Positions 28,531 to 36,356 of a stretch of 64,000 nt of DNA are shown here, piece after piece. Location of the stretch: positions 3,027-67,026 of the forward strand of contig JAMPCO010000003.1 of NCBI GenBank assembly GCA_023666145.1, in the 5' to 3' direction. The notes beneath the pieces were generated by a model that was not told the origin of the DNA, did no database searches, and saw nothing but the letters and a program-made list of their open reading frames with translations. This DNA is from Prevotella sp. GTDB taxonomy: Bacteria > Bacillota > Clostridia > Christensenellales > UBA1242. The position numbers were made by a program, and so were the translations under genes. Position 1 is the first letter of the stretch, and the number at the start of each line of letters is the position of its first letter.

Positions 28531-29643
28531 ATGAAAAAAATCAATTTATTATTTAGTGCGTTGATGATTTGTTTGGCGCTTTTGGTCGCGGGTGGTGCGA
28601 CGGTACCCGCCGTTCAATTCCACGCCCAGGCTTTAGCGGTACGCACAGCCAGCAACAGTAATGGTCAATTATCTGGCATCGAGTTATTCGACAGTGTAGG
28701 ACGTTATGCCGTCAGCCAAGCGGACTTGAAAGTGGGTGAAACTTTCCAATTTTTTGGTTATGATTGGCGCGTGGTTTACGTTAATGCTGAACAAAAAGTG
28801 GCGACCTTCTGGATGGCGGACCCGTACACGAAAACCAATTTTAATGCCACCACCCGTGCGGGTAATTATATCTTCAAGGACGGTACGAATATTTGGTGCA
28901 ATGGCTACCGCGACACAATTTGGTGTAATGAAGAGAACATCAACAAGGGTGATGTTTCGTTAGGTGAAAGTGACATCCGTAAATTTTTAACCAACGAAGC
29001 CAGTACGATCATTGATAATTCAGATTACGAAAAATATGCGAACAAAGTCGTTAAAGGTTATGTCGTAGGTACCAACGAAGTCAATGACAATGCAAAACAA
29101 ACTATTCCGTATCTTGCTTACAGCAAGGATTCTGTTGATCAAGTTGAAGAATTGAAAGAATCGACCAAGGAATTAACTGCTTACTATAATTTGGGTGAAA
29201 ATGAACGTTTATGGTTGCCGTCGGTTGACGAAATTAAAAACATTTGGCAATTGCCCGAAACCATGCTGGGATGGACGGACAATACAGTTTCCAATCGCGC
29301 TTGGTTACGTACGCCAGATTATCAACAACCTGGCGAAAGTCAATATGTCATGGCGGTTTGTTCAGAAGAAACTGTGAGTGGTAATTATTTTACTTACAAA
29401 GCCGTTAAGCAAGACGCGGGTGTGCGCCCAGCGATTCATTTGAACATTGAAAATATTGAAACCGAATATCAAGAACATTTGGATGCTACCGGCAATGGCA
29501 GCAAGGGCGGTTGGTTTGATGATGATTGGTTGAAAGCCTTGTTCATTGTGGTTTGTGTCTTGGGTATTGTGGGTGTGGCTTTGGTCATCATCGCGGTTGT
29601 CATCAAAGCGCGCAAAAACAAAGCCGAATCACAACAAGCATAA
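28531..29643 (+). CDS. Secreted DUF6273-like protein with C-terminal membrane anchor
   Basis: The ATG at 28531 is preceded by an AAGGGGA Shine-Dalgarno. Signal peptide MKKINLLFSALMICLALLVAGGA. It carries the W..V......W.LP..DE...WLRTP...GVRPAIHLN pattern characteristic of DUF6273-type domains. C-terminal TM helix ALFIVVCVLGIVGVALVIIAVVI. Confidence 0.75.
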   Translation: MKKINLLFSALMICLALLVAGGATVPAVQFHAQALAVRTASNSNGQLSGIELFDSVGRYAVSQADLKVGETFQFFGYDWRVVYVNAEQKVATFWMADPYTKTNFNATTRAGNYIFKDGTNIWCNGYRDTIWCNEENINKGDVSLGESDIRKFLTNEASTIIDNSDYEKYANKVVKGYVVGTNEVNDNAKQTIPYLAYSKDSVDQVEELKESTKELTAYYNLGENERLWLPSVDEIKNIWQLPETMLGWTDNTVSNRAWLRTPDYQQPGESQYVMAVCSEETVSGNYFTYKAVKQDAGVRPAIHLNIENIETEYQEHLDATGNGSKGGWFDDDWLKALFIVVCVLGIVGVALVIIAVVIKARKNKAESQQA

Positions 29644-29664
29644 ACACTCAAATAATTCTTTGTA

Positions 29665-29693
29665 AAAACAACTCCGCAAGGGGTTGTTTTTTG
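29665..29693 (+). terminator. Rho-independent terminator
   Basis: An 11-bp stem pairs aaaacaactcc (29665-29675) with ggggttgtttt (29680-29690), including one G-U pair. GCAA tetraloop, then a T-run. Confidence 0.8.
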
Positions 29694-29741
29694 TTCCGTC
29701 GGCAGCAACGAAAAATTACGTTTTAATTCGTGGGGCAACCG

Positions 29742-29750
29742 TGCTATAAT
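29742..29750 (+). promoter_or_regulatory. Extended -10 promoter of the ABC-F gene (leaderless-type)
   Basis: TGcTATAAT (29742-29750), 7 nt, then ATG at 29758. The track start ATG at 29749 lies inside the -10 hexamer and is therefore unlikely. Confidence 0.6.
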
Positions 29751-29757
29751 GGCAAGT

Positions 29758-31305
29758 ATGATTCAAGTAGTCAATGTATCTTTGCAATATGGCAAACGGG
29801 TTTTGTTCAAAGATGTTAATTTGAAATTTTTGCCAGGGGAATGTTACGGCATTATCGGTGCCAACGGGGCGGGCAAATCAACGTTTTTAAAAATTTTATC
29901 GGGCGAAATTACCCCGAATAAAGGGGAAGTGGTGGTTGGTAAAAACCAACGGATTTCGACCCTGGCGCAAAACCAAAATGCGTTTGATGATTTATCCGTG
30001 ATTAATACTGTTATTGGCGGGCACCAACGTTTGGCAGAAATCGTCGCGTTAAAAGAAAAATATTATGCGTTGCCCACCATGACCGAAGCGCAGGGTAATG
30101 AATTGGGCGCGTTGGAAGCCGAATTTGCCGAATTGGACGGTTGGGATGCCGACAGCAACGCGCGGATCATGTTGTCGGGTTTGGGCGTCAGCGAAGAATT
30201 TCACGACCAACAAATGAAAGACTTGGATGCGAAACTGAAAGTTAAAGTTTTGTTGGCGCGGGCTTTATTTGGTAATCCCGATATTTTAATTTTGGACGAA
30301 CCAACCAATAATTTGGATTTGGCGGGTACGCATTGGTTGGAAGAATTTTTGTTGGAATTTAAAAACATTACCATTATTGTGTCGCACAATCGTCATTTTT
30401 TGAACCAAGTTTGTACGCACATTTGCGATGTTGACTTTAACCAAATCAATATGTTTGTGGGGAACTACGATTTTTGGTACGAAACCAGCCAATTATTGTT
30501 GAAGCAACAAAAGGAAGCCAACAAGAAAGCCGAAGCGCGTGCACAAGAATTGAAAGACTTTATTGCACGGTTTTCCGCGAACGCCAGTAAATCACGCCAA
30601 GCCACCAGTCGTAAAAAAGAATTGGAAAAATTGACGATTGAAGACATCAAACCGTCATCGCGTAAATATCCGTACATCAATTTCGAATGTGCGCGTGAAC
30701 CAGGTAACGAAATTTTGGCGGTGGAAAATTTGACCGTCAACGGCTATTTCCGCAATGTCTCTTTCCGCGTTAACAAGGGGGAAAAAATCGCTTTTTTAAC
30801 CGATAAAAGTGTGCGCATGGACAAATTGTTTAACTGTATCATGGGCATTGAAAAAGCCGACAGCGGTACCGTCACCATCGGCAAGACCATTACGACTTCG
30901 TATTTACCCGCGGACTACCGCAGTTATTTCGAAGGGGTCAATTTGAATTTGTTAGATTGGTTGAAACAGTATTCCCAAGACACTAACGAAACCTTTATCC
31001 GCAGTTGGTTAGGTCGGATGTTGTTTTCGGGGGAAGAAGCCTTAAAAAAAGCCAGTGTTTTGTCGGGTGGGGAAAGAGTGCGTTGTATGTTAGCGAAAAC
31101 CATGTTGGAACAAGGTAATCTGTTGATTTTGAACGAACCCACCAACCATTTGGATTTGGAAAGCATTACCGCCTTAAACCAAGGGATGATGCGTAGTAAG
31201 GCCGTAATGTTGTTTTACACCAGTGATGAAGAAATTATCGATACGGTGGCAACCCGCGTGATTGAAATTACTGCCGACAAAATCCACGACCGCGTTTTAG
31301 TTTAA
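29758..31305 (+). CDS. ABC-F family ATPase (YbiT/YkpA-like) with one degenerate ATP site
   Basis: Two ABC domains joined by a charged linker. NBD1 has GANGAGKST, ILILDEPTNNLD and SHNRHFLN. NBD2 has signature LSGGE, but its Walker A position reads FLTDKSVRMDKL and its Walker B reads LLILNEP. Confidence 0.92.
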   Translation: MIQVVNVSLQYGKRVLFKDVNLKFLPGECYGIIGANGAGKSTFLKILSGEITPNKGEVVVGKNQRISTLAQNQNAFDDLSVINTVIGGHQRLAEIVALKEKYYALPTMTEAQGNELGALEAEFAELDGWDADSNARIMLSGLGVSEEFHDQQMKDLDAKLKVKVLLARALFGNPDILILDEPTNNLDLAGTHWLEEFLLEFKNITIIVSHNRHFLNQVCTHICDVDFNQINMFVGNYDFWYETSQLLLKQQKEANKKAEARAQELKDFIARFSANASKSRQATSRKKELEKLTIEDIKPSSRKYPYINFECAREPGNEILAVENLTVNGYFRNVSFRVNKGEKIAFLTDKSVRMDKLFNCIMGIEKADSGTVTIGKTITTSYLPADYRSYFEGVNLNLLDWLKQYSQDTNETFIRSWLGRMLFSGEEALKKASVLSGGERVRCMLAKTMLEQGNLLILNEPTNHLDLESITALNQGMMRSKAVMLFYTSDEEIIDTVATRVIEITADKIHDRVLV

Positions 31306-31817
31306 TTACGTTCGTTGGGATTATGGCGGGGACTAACTCTCGGCATCGGTTGCGTGTCGTGCCGTTTTTCCGAAATCGGCGCACGATGGTTTCCAGGTTT
31401 TCTGTCATGGTTACGGGGCGCACCGTCGTATAACGCGGGGATAGGTTCTTCCGCATGGAAACGGGGACGTTCTTGGTCGTCGTTTGGGTTTGGTTCTGCT
31501 GTTTGGTCGGGATAAATCTCCAAAGTACGCGGTTGGTCATCCACTGGTTGATAGTTTGCTACGTGGGCGACCACAGGGGTATTTTGCCTTTCCAATTGAT
31601 GGATTTGGCTCTTTAATTGGCGATTATGTAACGCCGTGGCACCCAACAGGCTGCTGGTAACGGCTACGGCCAAAGCCATAACCGACATCGTAATTCCAGT
31701 CAAAATTTTGTGGCGCTGTCGTTGACGATGTTCATCCGCCACGGCGCTGTTGGAATTTTCCACCACGACGTTTCCTTGGTAATTTCTTTGGTGCGATTGA
31801 GTTGTAAATGATTGCAT
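31302..31817 (-). CDS. Hypothetical single-pass membrane protein, Pro/Arg/His-rich C-terminal region
   Basis: 171 aa. GGAGGTG Shine-Dalgarno lies 7 nt upstream of the ATG at 31817. One TM helix (ILTGITMSVMALAVAVTSSLLGA), followed by a short coiled segment and a disordered tail. A sigmaG-like promoter lies upstream. Confidence 0.7.
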   Translation of the reverse strand: MQSFTTQSHQRNYQGNVVVENSNSAVADEHRQRQRHKILTGITMSVMALAVAVTSSLLGATALHNRQLKSQIHQLERQNTPVVAHVANYQPVDDQPRTLEIYPDQTAEPNPNDDQERPRFHAEEPIPALYDGAPRNHDRKPGNHRAPISEKRHDTQPMPRVSPRHNPNERN

Positions 31818-31836
31818 GATTGTTCACCTCCGAGGA

Positions 31837-31866
31837 TAGTATCTACCGCCAGAGATAAAATATTCA
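31837..31866 (-). promoter_or_regulatory. Forespore sigmaG-type promoter candidate
   Basis: Minus strand: TGAATA (31866-31861), 17 nt spacer, GATACTA (31843-31837). The Bacillus sigmaG consensus is TGAATA-N17/18-CATACTA. A 19-nt leader with GGAGGTG Shine-Dalgarno follows. Confidence 0.5.
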
Positions 31867-31870
31867 CGCC

Positions 31871-32134
31871 TTAGTAAATTTTACAGCAGCAATCGTTGCA
31901 ACCGTGGTCTTGTTCCGGTTTTTCACAAGGCGACGGTTCTTTTTTCTCTTGGCAGACACATTCAAAGCGTTTTTCGCGACATTCGCATTTTTCTTCACGA
32001 TGTTCGCAGCGGTCTTCACATTTGTTTTCGCACTTGCATTCACAGCGGTTAACTGGCTTGCAGGTGTTGTGACAACGGCAGCAACGGAAAACCCAGCAGA
32101 ACAGGTCGCCAACAGTTGGACATTGATTACACAT
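31871..32134 (-). CDS. Cysteine-rich small protein (87 aa, 21 Cys)
   Basis: Perfect AGGAGG Shine-Dalgarno 8 nt upstream of the ATG at 32134. The sequence is MCNQCPTVGDLFCWVFRCCRCHNTCKPVNRCECKCENKCEDRCEHREEKCECREKRFECVCQEKKEPSPCEKPEQDHGCNDCCCKIY. Two other long ORFs overlapping here have no Shine-Dalgarno. Confidence 0.8.
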   Translation of the reverse strand: MCNQCPTVGDLFCWVFRCCRCHNTCKPVNRCECKCENKCEDRCEHREEKCECREKRFECVCQEKKEPSPCEKPEQDHGCNDCCCKIY

Positions 32135-32192
32135 CTTTGGTACCTCCTACGTACAGCATACGCGCACAGAAAAAAGAATGTGCCATCCCGCG

Positions 32193-32978
32193 TTAGGCGA
32201 CGGTGAGCGCGTGTTGGCGGCTGTGTTCCGCAATGACAGCCGTGGTGATATGGTAGGCCAGAATTTGTTGGTAAGTCGTGGATTGCAGCAATTGGCGTTC
32301 GTTGGCATTGGTCAAAAATCCGCATTCAATTAAAACGGCGGGGCAAGGCGAGTGTTCGACTAAATTGAAATCGGTGGGTTTAGCGGTTTTGTAAATTGGT
32401 AAGCCGCTGTCGTTAAATTGGTTTTGAATGGCGGTGGCGTAGGCTTGACTGCCCGTGGTTTCGTTGGCGTAAAAACATTGTAAACCACTGACCGAAGTTA
32501 ACGGGTAGGTATTTTGGTGAATTGAAATCACCAGGTCGGGGTTAAGACTGCGAATCTTTGCGCGACGTTTAGCCATGTCTTCCACTTTTTTATTACGGGC
32601 GTAAGGCGAATTCAGACTCTCACTGTCAACACGGGTCAAGGAAACTGCGCAACCGTGGTTACGTAATTCTTGCGCCAAAACTTGGACAATTTGTAAATTT
32701 AATCCCGCCTCACTGACCCCGTCAACGCAGGCACCGTTGTCGAAACCACCGTGTCCCGCGTCCAAAACCACATGAAACTGCTCTGGGGCAATGACCGCGG
32801 TGGAACCTTGCAACGCATCAATCCACAGCCCTACGCCCAGCACAACAAAACACAAACTAATTGCTAAGTAACGGATTTCTATGTATATTAAAATTGCATG
32901 CGTAAAATGCGGGAATACCACTTCCAAAGGGGGTTGGCCAAAGATTTGCTTGTGGCCACTTTCTTTTTTAGTTTGCAA
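32193..32978 (-). CDS. cwlD: Germination-specific N-acetylmuramoyl-L-alanine amidase CwlD (maximal ORF; true start unresolved, probably 32855-32894)
   Basis: Amidase_3 motifs are present: VVLDAGHGGFDNGA, VISIHQN, AVLIECGFLTN. An N-terminal signal-anchor (RYLAISLCFVVLGVGLWI) matches CwlD. The track start (TTG at 32978) would overlap the divergent ABC gene and its promoter. Confidence 0.85.
   Translation of the reverse strand: MQTKKESGHKQIFGQPPLEVVFPHFTHAILIYIEIRYLAISLCFVVLGVGLWIDALQGSTAVIAPEQFHVVLDAGHGGFDNGACVDGVSEAGLNLQIVQVLAQELRNHGCAVSLTRVDSESLNSPYARNKKVEDMAKRRAKIRSLNPDLVISIHQNTYPLTSVSGLQCFYANETTGSQAYATAIQNQFNDSGLPIYKTAKPTDFNLVEHSPCPAVLIECGFLTNANERQLLQSTTYQQILAYHITTAVIAEHSRQHALTVA
32861..32889 (+). 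promoter_or_regulatory. sigmaA-type promoter of the ABC half-transporter pair (leaderless-type)
   Basis: TTGCTA (32861-32866), 17 nt spacer, TATATT (32884-32889), 8 nt, then ATG (32898). It lies inside the 5' end of the cwlD reading frame on the other strand. Confidence 0.55.
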
Positions 32979-34643
32979 GAAATTTTGAATACGGTTTACC
33001 CGCTGGTCTTAAAAAATTTGGTCACCGAAAAGATTGAAAACGACACGGGGATGTTGCCCAGCATGGGAAACTTCTTAATCAGTGCGGGCATCGTGTTAGG
33101 ATTGTTGGTGATCATTTTCTTTGTTTCGTTTTATGCGCGGAATCGGGTTAGTGTCTATGGTGCCAAATGCCGTCGCAACGCCCGCAATCTGCTTTATGAT
33201 AAAATGACGCGTGTGCCGACCAATGTGTTGTACGAATACGGTACCAGCAAATTCTTGTCGTCGATGATGGAAGACACGACTTGGGTGAAATACCGTCACG
33301 AACAGTTTTTGCAAGCCGCGATTTATTTTGTGGTGACGATCTTAGGTAGTTGTGTGTTAATCATGACCTTGTCGCCGATTTATGTGCTGTTTATTGTGGC
33401 CGCGGTGGCGGTCGAAATCGGGATTTTAATGGTCCACCGTGCCATCATCAGCAAACGAATGCCCGCGGCGGTAGACGCATACGACAAATCCTTTGTGGCG
33501 ACACGCGAAAGCATCGCGGGCGCACGCGATATTCGTATCTTGGGTAAACAGTCCGAACGCTCCGCTACCGCCGCCCGTCAAAACAAGGCTTTAGCCCGCG
33601 AAGTTTTTGACATCGACCAATCCAAACACATTTTTGAATGCAGCAACAACATCGTTTTCGGCATTGTGACGTTTGGCATTATTTTATTCGGGGCTTTATC
33701 TTACGATGGTGTGCATTTGGCGGAACAGTTGGTAATTATCAACACCATTTTGCAATACATCACCCTGTGTACGACGGCGACGCTCAATATCTTCAAATTG
33801 CTGATTAACCCGATGACGCGTGGGCGGGTCGCCTACGCCAGAATTGATCAGTTCATGCATTTACCCGAAGAAGACATCGATCAGGGACTAACCAAATTAG
33901 ACACCGAATTTGGCAGTTCTTTGGTTTTGTATCAAGTCAGCCATCGTTTCTGGAATGGGCGTAAAACCATTGAGGATTTGTCGATGGAATTACAAAAAGG
34001 CAAAATGGTGGCTTTTTGTGGGGAAGTCGGTGCGGGGCGCACAACGTTAATCAAGATTTTATTACGTTATTTTGACCCGACGACAGGCATGGTTTTGGTG
34101 AACGGCATCAATATCAAAGACTTTAACAAACGTTTTTATCGTGCCAAAATTATCTCGTACTGTCCCGCTTATCCCGAATTTTTGTCTGGCACAGTGCGGG
34201 AAAATATCCGCCTTTTCAACCCTGAGGTTACCGACGAACAAATTTTAGCCGCGTTTAACGAAATCGGGGCGGCTAATCTAGCCATTTTACCGTCGTTTTT
34301 GGATACACCATTGTCGGTACGCGCACAGTTGCCACAAGATGTCAAAAGTTTAATCAATGTGGTGCGTTGTATTTTGAAACCAGCGGAGTTTTATGTTTTT
34401 GACGGCAGTTTCATCAATTTATCCAACGATGTGGTGCAAAGTACTTTACACAAATTGCGTGCGGAAAACAAAGCCTGTGTGTTCACAACCATCAATCCTT
34501 TAATTTGCGAAAGTGCCGACGAAGTGTTTTTTGCACAGAGCGACCACCATTATGTGAAAGGAACGCACACTTCATTGTTGGCGGAAAATCAAGAATACGC
34601 GGCTTTCTTCATGAAAGCCGAGCAATTGGAGGCGCAAGGATGA
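32898..34643 (+). CDS. ABC exporter half-transporter (TMD-NBD) with degenerate NBD
   Basis: 581 aa with a 6-TM type-I exporter domain and an NBD. The NBD has Walker A GEVGAGRTT (K to R), signature LSVRAQ, Walker B FYVFDGS and H-loop TTINPL. Confidence 0.88.
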   Translation: MRKMREYHFQRGLAKDLLVATFFFSLQEILNTVYPLVLKNLVTEKIENDTGMLPSMGNFLISAGIVLGLLVIIFFVSFYARNRVSVYGAKCRRNARNLLYDKMTRVPTNVLYEYGTSKFLSSMMEDTTWVKYRHEQFLQAAIYFVVTILGSCVLIMTLSPIYVLFIVAAVAVEIGILMVHRAIISKRMPAAVDAYDKSFVATRESIAGARDIRILGKQSERSATAARQNKALAREVFDIDQSKHIFECSNNIVFGIVTFGIILFGALSYDGVHLAEQLVIINTILQYITLCTTATLNIFKLLINPMTRGRVAYARIDQFMHLPEEDIDQGLTKLDTEFGSSLVLYQVSHRFWNGRKTIEDLSMELQKGKMVAFCGEVGAGRTTLIKILLRYFDPTTGMVLVNGINIKDFNKRFYRAKIISYCPAYPEFLSGTVRENIRLFNPEVTDEQILAAFNEIGAANLAILPSFLDTPLSVRAQLPQDVKSLINVVRCILKPAEFYVFDGSFINLSNDVVQSTLHKLRAENKACVFTTINPLICESADEVFFAQSDHHYVKGTHTSLLAENQEYAAFFMKAEQLEAQG

Positions 34644-36349
34644 AAATGCCCCACAAGAAGTCGGTCTTTCTGCGCGCCATGGCTTATTTCAAGCCGTTGC
34701 GTTGGCGCATTTTAATTGTGATTCTGTGCGGGATTGTGGGGATTGCTTTGTATTCTTTTATGCCAGGTTTGACGGCCGATGCGTTAAACGAATTTGAAAC
34801 TTGGGGCTTGAACCACGATTTATCGGTCGTTTTGCAACCGCTGATTTTGTACTTGATTTTGTGTCTTCTGTCGGAAACGTTCGCGCTGATTTGCAAATGC
34901 ATCATCATCAATTACGAATACAAAGTAACCTTGGGTATTATGGACGATGCCCGCCAAAAATTGGACGTGGTGCCGTTGTCCTTTATTGAGCAATTTGAAA
35001 TCAGCAAAACCACGCACCAAATTGCGGTCGGGCGTCGGTTATTGCAAGAATGTTTATCCATGATTTATCAAATTTGCCGTACCATTTTCTTCTTCGTTTT
35101 GAACATTGTGATGATGTTATCTTTGAACGGTACTTTAAGTCTCTTGGTGATTATTTCTTTGCCCGTGACCTTAATTATTGCGCAAATTGTCGTCAACAAA
35201 ACCCAAAAATATTACACGCGCAAAGAAGAAGCGAACGGGCGGATTTATGACTTTACCGAACAGCACGCGACTTTGCACGGCTTTTTCCAAGAAAACGGGA
35301 TTGTTGGTGAAGACGAATTTCAATCGATTAACGGGTACAAAGGCATTGTCGGCGTGGATACCGTGGTTGGTTTGAATGAAACTTACATCAGTTTTCTTTC
35401 TAATTTTATGTATTTGGCGATTACGGTGGTTTTCGGTATCTTGGCGATCAATGGGGCTTTGTCTATGGCCGACTTCGCCATTTTGCCCGCTTTCTTATTG
35501 TATAGTTCACGCTTCCTGTCCAACACTAAAATCATTACGACGGCCTCGAACATCATCCAACCAACCGAAAGTTACGCCAAAGTCTTTTTCGGGATTTTGG
35601 ATTGTCCCGATGACGTGACCGCGGACGAAGATGTCAACATCAAAAAAATTGACGGGAGCATCGTTTTTGACCATGTATCAACCGACAAAGTCAAAGACAT
35701 TACGTTTGAAATTCCCTTTGGTAGTAGTGTCGCCTTTTTGGAAGAAGACAATGTTACGGGTTCCGCGATTGTGAATTTAATGACGAAATTGGAATTGCCC
35801 AAGAGCGGCCAAATCAAAGTGAACAACATTGATTTGGCACGAATCCGCAGTAAGAAATTCTACGAACGCGTAGGGATGTGCTTCGACCGTCCGTTCTTGA
35901 TTGACGCAACGATTGCCGAAAACATTATGTACGGGGTGGGAAAAACTTTGCCCGAAAACGTGATTCAAGCCACCCAAATGTTTGGGTTTGACCAATTTAT
36001 CCGTTTGCTGCCACACGGCTACAACACCCGTTTAACCGAAAATACGGTTCTTTTAACCAACGCGGAACAACAAGCCGTCAATTTGTCGCGAACAGTATTG
36101 CACGCACCTGACTTATTGATTTTGAACCACGCTTTGAATTGTTTTGATACGGCAACCGAAAAAAAATGTAACGATGTGATTATTAACAAATTGAAAAACC
36201 GTACCCGTGTGTTCGTGACGACACAAATCAAAACGATTCAAAACGTTGACCGCATTTATGTTTGCAAAGGTGGGCGCATTGTCGAAACGGGTTCGCACGC
36301 CGAACTGATGGCGTTGCAAGGTGAATACTACCGCCGATACAAGAGTTAA
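34640..36349 (+). CDS. ABC exporter half-transporter (TMD-NBD) with strongly degenerate NBD
   Basis: The ATG at 34640 (ATGA overlap, GGAGG Shine-Dalgarno 7 nt upstream) gives MKMPHKKSVFLRAMAYFKPLRWRIL. The protein has 6 TM helices. In the NBD the Walker A position reads FLEEDNVTGSAI, the signature is LTNAE, Walker B is LLILNHA and the H-loop is TTQIKT. The C-terminal GSHAELMALQGEYYRRY is typical of the family. Confidence 0.88.
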   Translation: MKMPHKKSVFLRAMAYFKPLRWRILIVILCGIVGIALYSFMPGLTADALNEFETWGLNHDLSVVLQPLILYLILCLLSETFALICKCIIINYEYKVTLGIMDDARQKLDVVPLSFIEQFEISKTTHQIAVGRRLLQECLSMIYQICRTIFFFVLNIVMMLSLNGTLSLLVIISLPVTLIIAQIVVNKTQKYYTRKEEANGRIYDFTEQHATLHGFFQENGIVGEDEFQSINGYKGIVGVDTVVGLNETYISFLSNFMYLAITVVFGILAINGALSMADFAILPAFLLYSSRFLSNTKIITTASNIIQPTESYAKVFFGILDCPDDVTADEDVNIKKIDGSIVFDHVSTDKVKDITFEIPFGSSVAFLEEDNVTGSAIVNLMTKLELPKSGQIKVNNIDLARIRSKKFYERVGMCFDRPFLIDATIAENIMYGVGKTLPENVIQATQMFGFDQFIRLLPHGYNTRLTENTVLLTNAEQQAVNLSRTVLHAPDLLILNHALNCFDTATEKKCNDVIINKLKNRTRVFVTTQIKTIQNVDRIYVCKGGRIVETGSHAELMALQGEYYRRYKS

Positions 36350-36356
36350 TGATTGG

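Noticed and set aside
29749-29757. The ATG at 29749 as the ABC-F start (MASMIQ...).
   Set aside because: It lies inside the TATAAT -10 hexamer. The ATG at 29758 (MIQVVNVSLQYG) matches the usual ABC N-terminus and the leaderless geometry.
31840-31858. The inverted repeat TATCT-N8-AGATA, with a superficial resemblance to a lambda-type operator.
   Set aside because: The arms are only 5 bp. It is fully explained as the spacer and -10 of the sigmaG-like promoter.
31871-32134. The cysteine-rich peptide as a RiPP precursor (sactipeptide, ranthipeptide or lanthipeptide), with the neighbouring ABC pair as its exporter.
   Set aside because: There is no radical-SAM enzyme, LanM/LanB/LanC or protease gene nearby. 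The ABC proteins lack a C39 peptidase domain and have dead NBDs. The peptide has no leader/core organisation. I keep it only as a remote possibility.
32165-32185. A TGGCAC element upstream of the Cys-rich gene that resembles a sigma54 -24 box.
   Set aside because: The -12 position reads TTTT instead of TTGC/GC, and no enhancer-binding protein gene is nearby.
31864-32325. A 153-aa minus-strand ORF and a 100-aa plus-strand ORF (31904-32206) overlap the cysteine-rich gene.
   Set aside because: Only the 87-aa frame has a perfect AGGAGG Shine-Dalgarno at 8 nt. The 153-aa frame would run through the cwlD stop region. The multiple open frames follow from the biased TG[CT]/GA[AG]/AA[AG] codon content.
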